This document shows positions 1 to 10,399 of a stretch of 64,000 bases of DNA, in pieces. The stretch is taken from the NCBI GenBank assembly GCA_009859145.1, contig VRVR01000016.1, positions 111,389 to 175,388 on the forward strand, in the 5' to 3' direction. The first letter of the stretch is position 1, and every line of letters starts with the position of its first letter. Below the pieces are notes generated by a model that ran no database searches, had not been told where the DNA came from, and worked only from the letters and a program-made list of their open reading frames with translations. The position numbers and the translations under genes are program-made. This DNA is from Andalucia godoyi And28. Its lineage: Eukaryota; Protista; Jakobida.

Positions 1-159
1 CTTGTTTTTCCAAATAAAAATAATTTATGAATAGCATTTTAAATGACAGGAATGGATGTAAGATGTACATGTACATGGGAAGCAGGAGCAAGAACATCGG
101 CGCGCTGTTGCTGAATGGAGGATTTGAAAACACCCAAGGACACATCACAACGCGTGTCC

Positions 160-1911
160 TCATGGCAGCCATTGTTTCTTGCACAAATGTCCAATGCGCT
201 GTTCAATTGGAATCCTGGCGCTCTGCAGAGGAATGCGACCTCGGATAATGATTTCCTCTTGGCGCTCATCCATTTCCTGAATGACCCGGAATTCCGCAAA
301 CGCCTTGAGGTATGGCTGCTTCACGTGTCTCTCAAAGTACACGGGGTCCAGTTTCCGATTTCGGAGATCCTCAATGGGCACCCAAATCTTCGGCCGGAAA
401 TCCACGGCAAACCGATCTCCAACAGACCAAATCTCTACTAAACCGAGACCCTTTTTCTTGTCCACTTCCACTACTCTTCCGCAGAATAGTCTCTTATTTT
501 CGCTTGCAATCTTCCATTCTTCAACATTATCTGGCTTCCGCGGACCTCGTGCACTCGTCAGAGACGACCGGGAGGATGTGAGACCACCGATAGAGCGGTA
601 GCTCACCGCGGATGTGGCACGTGCGCTCTGACGCGGTCTGGAAGACGCAGGCGGCAGGCAGCCACCATCATCAAGTTTCTCCTTTGGAATGAACAACGCA
701 TCGTCAATCTTTTGAAATATTCTTTCGGGAAGCCGGCTGGCGACTACCGACCTGTAATGGGAGGTCAAAATTCGCTGATCGGCAAGCGCCGTTCTTTTCG
801 AAGCGATCTTCAGCACACTTGCAGGATCCACAAGCCGATCTGCATTCTCGGCGACAATCGCATCCAACACACACTTCCTTGAAAACCGTAGTTTGGCTGT
901 CGTTGCAGTGTATGACAGTGGCGACGTGGACGACACATGGCTGGCTGGATTTGCCGAGGATGCAGCCGCTTTCACACGATCATCTTCGGAATGAACAGAC
1001 TGCTTTCGCAGCTTCGTAAAATCCAATGGCCTCATGAGCGGCACATGGGAGTGGTTGCCCGGAGTAGGTTCCAACAGACTTGGAGAAGTTGATCCTCGGG
1101 AGATCATCGCCTTTCGCGAAATCGAGGATCTAGGCTCGTCCATATGATCCATCTCCTTTGGACGTTCGCGGGCCACGACAACTTCCCGCGAGCCGAGGGT
1201 TGGAAGCGACCGCTGTTGGCTTCTGTGTGAATCCGGAGCTGGATAATCATACTCCTTCATCAACCTTTCCACAGCATACTTTTTCATATGCTCAGCAGTG
1301 TCGGAAATCGCCTGGGAAGCCATGTCCTCCACATGCGCAAAAGTGTCGCGATGCGGTCCCGTGTTCGTTTCGGACCCATAGAGCAGATTTCGGCTTTCTT
1401 GTGATTTGACATAGCACAACTTTCCAGTTAATGAATCTGGAAGCATCGAATGCAGTTCCAAATCCAGATCAAACTGCACGAAATCGTCAGGCTCCACAGT
1501 CACTGGTTTCAAGAATTGCAGAATCTCTTGTTGCGAGCGATGCGAAACAGAAGATCGAGCTGTCGAACATCGTGCAGAATTCGCATTAGATCTTGCAGAC
1601 AGTGGCGGCCTCGGAGAAACCATTCGTGTAGCTTCTTTTTTTTTTCCTCCCCCCTTTCTCGCCCTCCTTCCCTCTTTTTTCCAGCGAGTCAAAGAGAAGA
1701 CAGAAGACGCTGCTTCATCGTTGTTCTCGGATTCTGTCGCCGATCGAACGGTTTTCGTTGCGGGGAATTTCGAGGATTCTGCCCGACGGATTGCAGAAGG
1801 GCCGATTGATGCTTGAGCCTTCGGAGCCTTCTGCACCGGTGTGAACTGTAGTCTCAGCACGGGATTCTTTTTGCGTTCGGACGAGTTCGGACTTCGGAGA
1901 CCTCCGTTCAT
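160..1911 (-). CDS. Hypothetical protein, Ser/Arg-rich, with a possible OB-fold-like C-terminal segment
   Basis: Long open frame. ATG at 1911 (MNGGLR) or 1623 (MVSPRP) is more plausible than 2079, whose first part reads through a GA microsatellite. No family motif recognised. Confidence 0.6.
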   Translation of the reverse strand: MNGGLRSPNSSERKKNPVLRLQFTPVQKAPKAQASIGPSAIRRAESSKFPATKTVRSATESENNDEAASSVFSLTRWKKEGRRARKGGGKKKEATRMVSPRPPLSARSNANSARCSTARSSVSHRSQQEILQFLKPVTVEPDDFVQFDLDLELHSMLPDSLTGKLCYVKSQESRNLLYGSETNTGPHRDTFAHVEDMASQAISDTAEHMKKYAVERLMKEYDYPAPDSHRSQQRSLPTLGSREVVVARERPKEMDHMDEPRSSISRKAMISRGSTSPSLLEPTPGNHSHVPLMRPLDFTKLRKQSVHSEDDRVKAAASSANPASHVSSTSPLSYTATTAKLRFSRKCVLDAIVAENADRLVDPASVLKIASKRTALADQRILTSHYRSVVASRLPERIFQKIDDALFIPKEKLDDGGCLPPASSRPRQSARATSAVSYRSIGGLTSSRSSLTSARGPRKPDNVEEWKIASENKRLFCGRVVEVDKKKGLGLVEIWSVGDRFAVDFRPKIWVPIEDLRNRKLDPVYFERHVKQPYLKAFAEFRVIQEMDERQEEIIIRGRIPLQSARIPIEQRIGHLCKKQWLP

Positions 1912-1976
1912 AGAAGAGAGGTGGAGAAGGGAGACAAGGTGAAGGCCAGTAGAGTAGAGGAAACGCCTGGCGCGCA

Positions 1977-2020
<44 letters not shown>

Positions 2021-2050
2021 TACGGGTTTCCACAGTTGGAACAGACATAA

Positions 2051-4510
2051 ATGATTCGCGTATTCCGGCGATGGTTCACTTCGTATGAGCACGGGCAAAT
2101 TATAGAGTTTATGCAGAATCATGGGCCTCGATTGGGTGTGCTGGATGGTGCGATGTGTGCTTCGGACACTCGTATGAAGGTGTATTCGAGAGATGGAGTG
2201 CTGCATCGAATAGATAGGGGCATGGTGATCCACGTCTGGTCGTCTTCTCACGGGCTCTATACTCCGGATTCTCTGAAAGATCTTCACCAATCCGCCTCTG
2301 GATTCTTGTTCTACGACTTTGCAGATCGAATTTCAAAGGTATCAAGCGTGTTTGTCAGAGAAGAAGTTTCGCAAATGATGGAGTCTTTTCACAAGGCGTG
2401 TACATTGCAATCCAGGCAATACAGAGCAAACTCAGAGTCCTGCGCGAAGTTCTTGTTTGGCGAAGCAGGGACTCCGGTGCACACGTATCTCGCTGCAAAG
2501 CTACTGGGCTCCGATTTTCGATTCTCACGAGCGGAGCCGGAGAGAGGGTACAAAGCGCTGGTGCAGAACGCGGTGTTTGAAAAGATAAAGAAGCGGTTTG
2601 CGGAGCGAATGTCCAGCTGGAAGAACGGCGGTCGGGCAGAGCCATTCTTGATCGAGGCTCGCGATGTGCCGTTTCTAGCGGCCGTGGATCGGCTGATCCA
2701 GTTTCACCGCCACCCAAGATCTGTCGACGTCAGGGGATTAACGGTCCACGAGGATTCTCACTCAAATTACACGCAGTCCGCCGAAATGAGGAACGCAAGG
2801 GAGCTTCTTGCTGCATTAGACATTGACGCCACCGATCCGTCTGCATTGCAGCAATTTTTAGAGTTGATCGATTGGTATTTGCATCCTTTGCGACCTTTGG
2901 ACCACCGAACATTCTATTCATCGACAGGCGATAGAGGTCCTTCGCCTGGTATCGGATCACAAGGAACAAAAGGTACGGATGCTGCAGTTGGTGCGAAAGA
3001 CGTGGGCGGCCCTACTTCTCGTTCCGTGTCCGGGCTGGATGACGTGGAGAGTGCTGTTGCGGACGAATCCTCCTGTTTGGAAGAGGCGGTCACACCCATG
3101 GATCACGAGTTGATTGATCAGCACGCAGAAGCTGTGCAATCGGTGTCGAAATCCTGCCAGCCATTTTCGTATGCATTCCGTGTGCCCGCTGCTGATATCA
3201 AGCCCTCCGTTCCATTCACGGACTCGGTGCAGCGAGTGACGGTCGGGGGTCCGGTGTACTGCATCGATCGCCGGGCGCTAGGATCCCTCGCAGACGACGC
3301 CTTTTCTGTAGAGTTGCCGCACATTTTGTACAAAGAAAAGGAGATGGCTGACCCGGATTCTCGATGGATATGGAGCCATGTGGCAGATGTAACCAGAATT
3401 GTACGGCCCGAATCGCTGCTTGCCAAGTATTCTCTTTCTCGTCTGCGAACAATCTATCCAATGCATGGCACCCCGTCGTTTATGCTTCCTGCCCAACACG
3501 CTGCTCAATTAGCACTGAGTACGACTTCCAGAAACCACGTCTTGTCGTTTGGAGCCCGAATCAGCTCCCGGGGCGAACTCCTCAATTACAAAGTTCAATG
3601 TTCTGACGTTGGCCCCATTCAGCGGTACTCGTTTCAGGAGGTCATGCACCCGTCTCTGTGCAATCCTCAAGCTCTGGAGCCACAATTTCGAAATGCGGTA
3701 TTGGAAGGGTTCGAGCTACTGAACAGTTGGGTGCTGCGAGATCCAGTGTTGCGAGAACTTTCCAGAATGCCCTCGTTGTCAGAGAAAAACGCATTTGTCA
3801 ATGACTCCCCAGCAGCACGTGTGCGTTCTGATTATTACAACCCGCAACTGTTTGTTCGGTTGCTTGGCACCATGGCTGCCTATGTTGCAGATCTGTTCGC
3901 TTCGGATCGTCACGTTGTGCTTCCGCGAGTGCCTGCGATCACTGTTACAGCGCCTCTTCGACGATTCCAAGATTTGTGTGCGCACATGCAAGTGCGGTCT
4001 GTTCTGGAGGGTGCAAAACGCCCTCCTTTCTCTCTCGAAGAAATCCGCAACGTGGAGCGCTCTGTCATGGAGCAGTCGCGCCGTATCCGCGATGCATCAT
4101 TCATGCACAAACGAGCACTGGCCGTGGATGGATTTCGACAGCTGTGTTCTCTCTTTCGCTTGGTTTCAGAATCCGATGAAGTGTATCTGCCGGCTGTTGT
4201 GCTACGTACAGAAGCCCCCCGTTTGGGCTACCCCATTTTTAGACAACGAGTCCTCAAAAGACCGGCGCCAATGTCCAACATGCCGGCCTCTGCGACCTCA
4301 ATCAATACTCCGTCCTCGTCTGCTTCATCACCACGATCTTCTGCAGATGAACCATATTTGATTATCACTGCTGGAGGATGTTTTGCAACCATTTGGGTTG
4401 ACAGGAACCGCGTTGCTCTTGAGCCTAACCAGAAGATTATCATTCGCGTCAAGGCACTGTCTGTGCGAGAAGGCGAGGTGGAATGCGAGTATGTCTCCGA
4501 CATGTACTGA
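2051..4510 (+). CDS. RNB-family (RNase II/R, DSS1-like) 3'-5' exoribonuclease, possibly mitochondrial
   Basis: Motifs YCID...ADDAFS, WSHVADVT, RTIYP...FMLP and TAPLRRFQDLCAHMQ match the RNB domain pattern. The Arg-rich, acid-free N-terminus (MIRVFRRWFTS) resembles a presequence. Confidence 0.8.
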   Translation: MIRVFRRWFTSYEHGQIIEFMQNHGPRLGVLDGAMCASDTRMKVYSRDGVLHRIDRGMVIHVWSSSHGLYTPDSLKDLHQSASGFLFYDFADRISKVSSVFVREEVSQMMESFHKACTLQSRQYRANSESCAKFLFGEAGTPVHTYLAAKLLGSDFRFSRAEPERGYKALVQNAVFEKIKKRFAERMSSWKNGGRAEPFLIEARDVPFLAAVDRLIQFHRHPRSVDVRGLTVHEDSHSNYTQSAEMRNARELLAALDIDATDPSALQQFLELIDWYLHPLRPLDHRTFYSSTGDRGPSPGIGSQGTKGTDAAVGAKDVGGPTSRSVSGLDDVESAVADESSCLEEAVTPMDHELIDQHAEAVQSVSKSCQPFSYAFRVPAADIKPSVPFTDSVQRVTVGGPVYCIDRRALGSLADDAFSVELPHILYKEKEMADPDSRWIWSHVADVTRIVRPESLLAKYSLSRLRTIYPMHGTPSFMLPAQHAAQLALSTTSRNHVLSFGARISSRGELLNYKVQCSDVGPIQRYSFQEVMHPSLCNPQALEPQFRNAVLEGFELLNSWVLRDPVLRELSRMPSLSEKNAFVNDSPAARVRSDYYNPQLFVRLLGTMAAYVADLFASDRHVVLPRVPAITVTAPLRRFQDLCAHMQVRSVLEGAKRPPFSLEEIRNVERSVMEQSRRIRDASFMHKRALAVDGFRQLCSLFRLVSESDEVYLPAVVLRTEAPRLGYPIFRQRVLKRPAPMSNMPASATSINTPSSSASSPRSSADEPYLIITAGGCFATIWVDRNRVALEPNQKIIIRVKALSVREGEVECEYVSDMY

Positions 4511-4912
4511 GGTTTCCGCCTTTCTCCGATTTGCTTGAGCGCAAGTCCTTGGAGCACACAGAGAGTTTCATAATATCCGCACGCACGTGCAAAGCCAATT
4601 CAATAAACAGAACACAATGGATTGCGGCGGCGGCGGCGGCGGCGGGGGGGAATGTTTTGTTTTTTATTCTTTTTAAATAAAAAAAATTCTCTAAACCAAG
4701 CGTTTCTAATAGACGTTTCTGAAGAACTGGGAATGTCTGAGAGAAATTACAAGAAAGACAGTTGGGGATACATGCACAGATGCAGACACAGGTGCAGACA
4801 CAGATGCAGGCGCTCGGTCCATCACCCACACTCCGCTACGCTCTCCTTACGCATGCAGACCGACACTCGGAAACGCCTTGAGCACGATTCACGAACGCCA
4901 GAGCGACTGGGC

Positions 4913-5608
4913 TTACCAGCGGAAAGCCGGGATGACAACCGTGTCTTCGCGGCACGTGTTGTCCGACATGGTTGACGGGTAAGAGCAGAACGGAAGATCT
5001 GCTGACTTTCCAATGCACAGACGGACCTCGGAAAGGTACTGCGTAGACGTTTCCTTATCCCAGAAACATTCAAGCATGACGGCATTGTCCGGCAGTAACA
5101 ATGATTTTTCAAGAGCGGCAATGATATCAGTACGCTTAACCTGCGAGTGGTCGTCTGGCACAATTCCTGCAATGGAAAGGGACGCCAAAACATCCACGCG
5201 CTTTCGCAAGTTGAGCGTGTTTGTGAAAAAGGACAATTCGTCCGGGAACAAATCTTCTGCGCAAGTACCGTGTTTCTCCCATTCGTGTTCCCACAGGAAA
5301 AGCGGGCCATCAAACAAAGAAGGCCAGTACTCCTGCAACTCGCTCTTGAGAGACTGAACCTTGCTCATGTCGAAAGGCTGGTTGGGGTTGCAGTTCGACG
5401 GGTAACTGCCGTCGTTGTTGTTCGGCCACAAGCCATGGATCAGAAAGCCATTTGCGGGCTCCACAGTCGCATTACACGGATGGTGCTGGATGTCTGCAAT
5501 GATGCAAGTCGAGCCCGGCCAGCCTTGTGCCCACACAAAGAAATCCCAAGCGAGAGCTGCCGAGCACGAAACCGACAGGATCGCAAGCGCAAAAAGAATG
5601 CGGGTCAT
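4913..5608 (-). CDS. Secreted/lysosomal ribonuclease T2
   Basis: CAS I FLIHGLWP and CAS II FLWEHEWEKHGTC, conserved cysteines, and a signal peptide starting at ATG 5608 (MTRILFALAILSVSCSAALA). Confidence 0.95.
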   Translation of the reverse strand: MTRILFALAILSVSCSAALAWDFFVWAQGWPGSTCIIADIQHHPCNATVEPANGFLIHGLWPNNNDGSYPSNCNPNQPFDMSKVQSLKSELQEYWPSLFDGPLFLWEHEWEKHGTCAEDLFPDELSFFTNTLNLRKRVDVLASLSIAGIVPDDHSQVKRTDIIAALEKSLLLPDNAVMLECFWDKETSTQYLSEVRLCIGKSADLPFCSYPSTMSDNTCREDTVVIPAFRW

Positions 5609-6047
5609 TTTCCTTTCTTTTCTCTTCCCCTTTCCTCTTTCCACAGTGAACACCAAAATGATAATTACTTGTTTGTTTGTGTTTGTTTTTTGTTTTTGAC
5701 CTTCTTTGAAAATCAGAAAAGATGAACGAAACGAACGAAAACAAAAGCAAAAACAAAAATACGAAAATGCTCAGAAATAAACCGAAAATCGAAAGCGAGA
5801 ATAGTCGGGAAAGTCCGCCAGAATTGATTTGGGAATTCCCCCGATTGCGCGCAACAGCCGCACCCTTCCAGCATGGTTATCGAATAAGAAGAAAGGGGGC
5901 TTTTAATTTTTTTTTTTAATTTTTGGGCGAGGCTTTTTTGAGAATATATATTTTTTTTACAGTGGGTTCCACTCGTACGTGCGTTTTTTTTTTGTTTATT
6001 TGATTTTGGTGTTTTATCGTGATTGAAGTAAAATATTTAGCGGTGCG

Positions 6048-7799
6048 TCATTTCTGTGTCAGATTTTTCAAGTGCTGTGTTGCGGACGGTGATCGAGTGC
6101 TGAGTGGAATGTTAGGCGTAAACAGTCCAATGATTGCCGATACAACGCAGCACGCAAAGTTCAGCCAGAATCCTTGTGGGAGCCGAGAGTACTCTCCTCC
6201 GTTTGTGATGGAGTGGAACAAGGACAGCCCAAGAACACCGGCAACAGATCGGATAATCACAATGGCGGAGGATGCCGGTGACACATCAGTGGCACACACT
6301 GCATTCTGGACAACGGGTAGCACAACCTGCAGCACAATGCCTGTTCCAAAGCCCGACGGAATCGAGTAGATAATCACCATCCAGAGACGAGTGGATGCAC
6401 TCATGGTGGTCAAGGAGGCATTGGAAACTGCAATAAGAAACAACCCAAACGAACAGAGGAAGCGGTACTTTCCCGTCTTGGACATGAATACGCCACTCAG
6501 AAGCGATGCAGCCACAAAGGATACCATCATCGGAATCATTGCGGCTCCTGCGGTAGTTGCAGAATAGTCTAGTACGCTGTGCAAATAAACGGGCAGATAC
6601 GTTAGGGAAGTGAACAGATTTAGGCCGACTCCAAACGCACAAGCCGAGCCAATGCTTACCATTCTGTTCAAAAACAACTTTGGCGGAAGAATGGGGCTCT
6701 GCACTCGGAACTCGACAATGAAGAACGCTGCAAACAGTGCAAGAGACGCAATTAGCAGAGCGACAATCGTGGTCGAAGACCATGCATAGTCGATTCCCGC
6801 CCAGGTGAACAGCAGCATGACAGAGATAATACCAGAAAGCAGCAAAACGCACCCGAGGAGGTCCATCGACCTGAGAAATCCCAGCAGCTGATTTGGACAT
6901 CGGCATCGAGTGTCGTGGTCTTGCCGTGAGGTATGCTCTGGTGCTGCGTGTGCAGGAGAACCTTCCTTGTAGTACAGAATGAGACAACACGTGAGCAAGC
7001 AAAATGGGACATTGATCCAAAACACAAGCCTCCAGGAAACCACATCCGAGAAGAAGCCGCCAATCACCGGCCCCGAGACTGCAGCAACAGCATACACCAT
7101 CCCAAAGAGCCCTGCATACTTGCCGCGTTCTCGTGGAGCAAGCAAGTCGTGCAGCACGAGATTCACACACGCGTTCGCACATCCGCCCCCGACTCCTTGA
7201 AATCCTCGCAAAACAATCAGCATGGTCATGGAATTCGACAGTGCACACAGGACGGAGGAAACCAGAAAGATGATCTGCGACGACAGAAACACTATTCGGC
7301 GGCCAAAATAATCCGCGAGTTTGCTGCATAAAGGAACAATCGCAGTGGAGGCCATGAGATACGTTGACACTATCCAGCCTGTATAATCCGCGCCTCCCAA
7401 GTCTTCGACAATCGCAGGAATCGCCGTCGTGGTGCACATCGATTCCATGGAGGAAAGAAACAGTGATATTGCCAGAGCCGCCATTGCCAGACGGAAATTC
7501 AGGCCTTTTTTTCCATGCCTGCGGTCTGCGATGTTAGTTGTCGATGCCACCGCCGTATCAAAGCTGTCCTCAGTGCACTGATCCGCGGATGCCAAGCGCG
7601 AGGACTCGTGAATCTCCTGCGCACCGACATACTCGCTAATCAGCAGGTCCGACATCTCCTGTTCTTCTTCTTGTTCATTCTGCACCGCACCATGTGCCCC
7701 TCCAGAACGAGAATCCACATCGGTATGACCGGGATCGCTATACTCAACCGCACTTTCATGTCGGAAATCATCATTTCCTCCCACTTTGGCTCCGCCCAT
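6048..7799 (-). CDS. MFS transporter, 14-TMS DHA2 (EmrB/QacA-like) family
   Basis: Motif A-like KLADYFGRR, RGFQGVGGG, motif C-like GPVIGGFF, WRLVFWINVP and many hydrophobic helices. First ATG at 7799. Confidence 0.9.
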   Translation of the reverse strand: MGGAKVGGNDDFRHESAVEYSDPGHTDVDSRSGGAHGAVQNEQEEEQEMSDLLISEYVGAQEIHESSRLASADQCTEDSFDTAVASTTNIADRRHGKKGLNFRLAMAALAISLFLSSMESMCTTTAIPAIVEDLGGADYTGWIVSTYLMASTAIVPLCSKLADYFGRRIVFLSSQIIFLVSSVLCALSNSMTMLIVLRGFQGVGGGCANACVNLVLHDLLAPRERGKYAGLFGMVYAVAAVSGPVIGGFFSDVVSWRLVFWINVPFCLLTCCLILYYKEGSPAHAAPEHTSRQDHDTRCRCPNQLLGFLRSMDLLGCVLLLSGIISVMLLFTWAGIDYAWSSTTIVALLIASLALFAAFFIVEFRVQSPILPPKLFLNRMVSIGSACAFGVGLNLFTSLTYLPVYLHSVLDYSATTAGAAMIPMMVSFVAASLLSGVFMSKTGKYRFLCSFGLFLIAVSNASLTTMSASTRLWMVIIYSIPSGFGTGIVLQVVLPVVQNAVCATDVSPASSAIVIIRSVAGVLGLSLFHSITNGGEYSRLPQGFWLNFACCVVSAIIGLFTPNIPLSTRSPSATQHLKNLTQK

Positions 7800-8168
7800 C
7801 CATTCAACGGGATGCTGACGACCGCTGAAGCCGTCCTCTAACCCACCCACCTCTCGTTCGTTCCCATTTCCTTACCCGAGGCCATTCCAAAAAGGAGTGA
7901 AAACAAAACCCAAACGAATCGGATGTTTGGGAGCGGGCCTCAAGGCTCAACTCTCAGGTCCAACGCAGCGTGACACAAACGTCGCCAAAAAAAGATCTTC
8001 CGCAGCTGTAACCGCAATGGTTTTTTCTGTTCCCGATCCCCTCCGCAAACTCTATCTTGTGGCTGCGCTCCTCCTTGTCCAGCTTGTGGTTTTGTCTATT
8101 TTCGCATCTTTATTTTATTTTTTATTTTGGTAATTTGAATTGCGAGTTTGGATGGCACTTGAAGAGCA

Positions 8169-9548
8169 ATGGTGGAAGGAAGCGGTGTAGAGTCTGTAAC
8201 AATTGACGGCACAGAGTATGTACTGTCGACACTGATCGTGCAATGTGTCCCGGTTTTCATCGTGTCGCTTGTTCTCGAGATCGCATATGATCTCTTTACC
8301 AGACAGCGGCGCAAGTTGTATCGCATTCCGGATACGATATCCTCGCTTTCAGCTGGCATTTTCCAGCAGGTTGTTGAAAAGGCCGTGGTTGGTTCGCTGA
8401 CGATCGTTCCGTACTGCTACATTTTCCATTACTACCATTTCTCGTTGTCGACGCTGAACTCGACGTCTCCTGTTGCATATGCCTTGTGTTTTCTCTCGGT
8501 TGACTTGTTCTACATGCTGTTTCATTGGGCAGCACATGTCACAAACCTTGGTTGGGCGCTACACCACGCACACCACTCTTCGGAATCGTACAACTTGTCG
8601 ACTGCGCTTCGGCAGTCGTCGTTCCAAGCGTTTTTCTCATTTGTGTTTTACTTGCCAGCAGCATTCTTCTTCCATCCTTCGGTGTTCTCGTCGTGTGTCC
8701 AGCTCAACACAGTGTTCCAGTTCTTTGTGCATGTCAAATGGATCGGGCATATGGGCTGGCTGGAATACGTTCTCAACACGCCTTCGGCCCACCGAGTCCA
8801 CCATGCCCGAAACACCGAGTATCTCGACGCAAACTTTGCTGGAACATTGATTGTGTGGGATAGGCTCTTTGGAACATACATTCCAGAAAGACACGAGCCG
8901 CTGTATGGCGTAACCACTCCGTTGGACACATGGAATGTGTTTGTCGTGCAGTATGGCCATCTCTGGGACGGTGTTCTCATGCCCATGGTGAAGGCAAAGT
9001 CTCTGCGCGATGCGTTTGGATTCGTCTTTGGACCTCCAGGCTGGAGTCCTGTGGCTGCCGAAGCCTCGACCACCAAGCACATGCAGAACATGCTGAAGAG
9101 CTCCCAGGACACCACACAGGCTACCAAGCCCGCAACCAAGATCACCGAGCCGCTGGACAAGAGGGTCAACGGCGCTTGGGATCTCTATGTGTGTGTTCAG
9201 TTTGGATTGTCGCTGTTCTTGTCGATTGCGTTTGTGGAGAATCTCCAGGTGGGGGCGTTTCGCGGAGCTGGCCAGGCTGCGGTCGTCATTCTCAGTCTTT
9301 TCTCGTTTGCCAACTTGTTTGAACGCGGACGATGGGCCGTCCAGATCGAGGCGTTCCGTGTGTGCCTATTGACACTGACGACTCGTCAATTGTTTGGGTT
9401 TGCTAACGTGTGCCTCGGACCACTGTGTGTCGCGGGTGCCTGTTACATCCTCGGTGGACTGTCTCTTGCTTTCCTTGCCCTCAAGCATTCGGACATAACG
9501 CGCGTTCCAAAGACCTCCTTCCCTGCTTCATTCAAGAAACAGCAGTAG
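8169..9548 (+). CDS. AGMO: Alkylglycerol monooxygenase-like (fatty acid hydroxylase superfamily)
   Basis: His boxes HWAAH, HHAHHSSESYNLSTALRQS and TPSAHRVHH, plus NFAGTLIVWDRLFGT. Confidence 0.85.
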   Translation: MVEGSGVESVTIDGTEYVLSTLIVQCVPVFIVSLVLEIAYDLFTRQRRKLYRIPDTISSLSAGIFQQVVEKAVVGSLTIVPYCYIFHYYHFSLSTLNSTSPVAYALCFLSVDLFYMLFHWAAHVTNLGWALHHAHHSSESYNLSTALRQSSFQAFFSFVFYLPAAFFFHPSVFSSCVQLNTVFQFFVHVKWIGHMGWLEYVLNTPSAHRVHHARNTEYLDANFAGTLIVWDRLFGTYIPERHEPLYGVTTPLDTWNVFVVQYGHLWDGVLMPMVKAKSLRDAFGFVFGPPGWSPVAAEASTTKHMQNMLKSSQDTTQATKPATKITEPLDKRVNGAWDLYVCVQFGLSLFLSIAFVENLQVGAFRGAGQAAVVILSLFSFANLFERGRWAVQIEAFRVCLLTLTTRQLFGFANVCLGPLCVAGACYILGGLSLAFLALKHSDITRVPKTSFPASFKKQQ

Positions 9549-9805
9549 CCCCGTAGTCCTCCCGGCTCTCCAGATCGCTTTCATTCCGGCTTACTGTAAT
9601 TAATAATTAAAAAACAAAATTAACTCGACTTGTCACACACGTTCTATGGCGGAGTTGGGACTTCCGAGCTGGCTGCAGACATGCCCGTTGGCGTTTCTTG
9701 CCTTTTCTTGCCTTTTCTTGCCTTTTCTTTTTCTTTTTTTTTAACTTTTTGTTTGATTTTTTTAATTAAAATTTTTCTACTGTGCTTGTTAGAGTTTTTG
9801 GTAGA

Positions 9806-10270
9806 ATGAGCCGCCTTGTTGTGTGTGTTCTTCTTGTTGCAACGGCGTTTGCAGCGACGTGCCGCGCAAGTGCTGCGGATACTGCGATTGCCTGGGAAGC
9901 AGAGCAGTTCCGTGAGCATTCTGCACCGTATGCAGGGCTTTGCCTTGGCTTTGTAAAAGATGCGTATGCTGCAGCTGGCATTTCTGGAAAGGCATATATG
10001 GATGCAGGCAGTGCAAAAGATGGTGCTGGGATTGCAAAGGGACTCGGAGGCTGGCATGGATTCTCGTCTGCCGGCGCTGTTCCGCGCGGTGCGCTTGTCT
10101 TCTGGCCTGGATGCTCCTCCAATGGACATGTTGCATTGGCAACCGGTGGCGGAGGAGCTTCAAGCTCGGGTGATGGATCGAAGTGGAATGGTTCTCCAAA
10201 CACGACCATCGATTGGCTCTCCGAACACTGGTGTGGTGGAAATCCCGCCGGATGGATTGTTCCTTCGTAA
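9806..10270 (+). CDS. Secreted NlpC/P60-CHAP-like cysteine amidase/peptidase (putative peptidoglycan hydrolase)
   Basis: Signal peptide, catalytic-Cys motif YAGLCLGFVKDAY and PRGALVFW...GHVALA His motif. ATG at 9806. Confidence 0.75.
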   Translation: MSRLVVCVLLVATAFAATCRASAADTAIAWEAEQFREHSAPYAGLCLGFVKDAYAAAGISGKAYMDAGSAKDGAGIAKGLGGWHGFSSAGAVPRGALVFWPGCSSNGHVALATGGGGASSSGDGSKWNGSPNTTIDWLSEHWCGGNPAGWIVPS

Positions 10271-10399
10271 GCATCGACATCTGCGTTATTCTTCTTTATC
10301 ATTGAGAAAATGAAGTTTGTGTTCGGATTTTTAATGCAGTAATAAAAAAATTCATTTAATAAACATATAATAAACGAGGCAGCAGTCACGCAGCACTGT

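Noticed and set aside
8017-8133. Upstream hydrophobic ORF (MVFSVPDP...) as a first exon of AGMO
   Set aside because: The only evident GT..AG join (8130-8164) creates an in-frame TGA. It may be a uORF, but there is no support.
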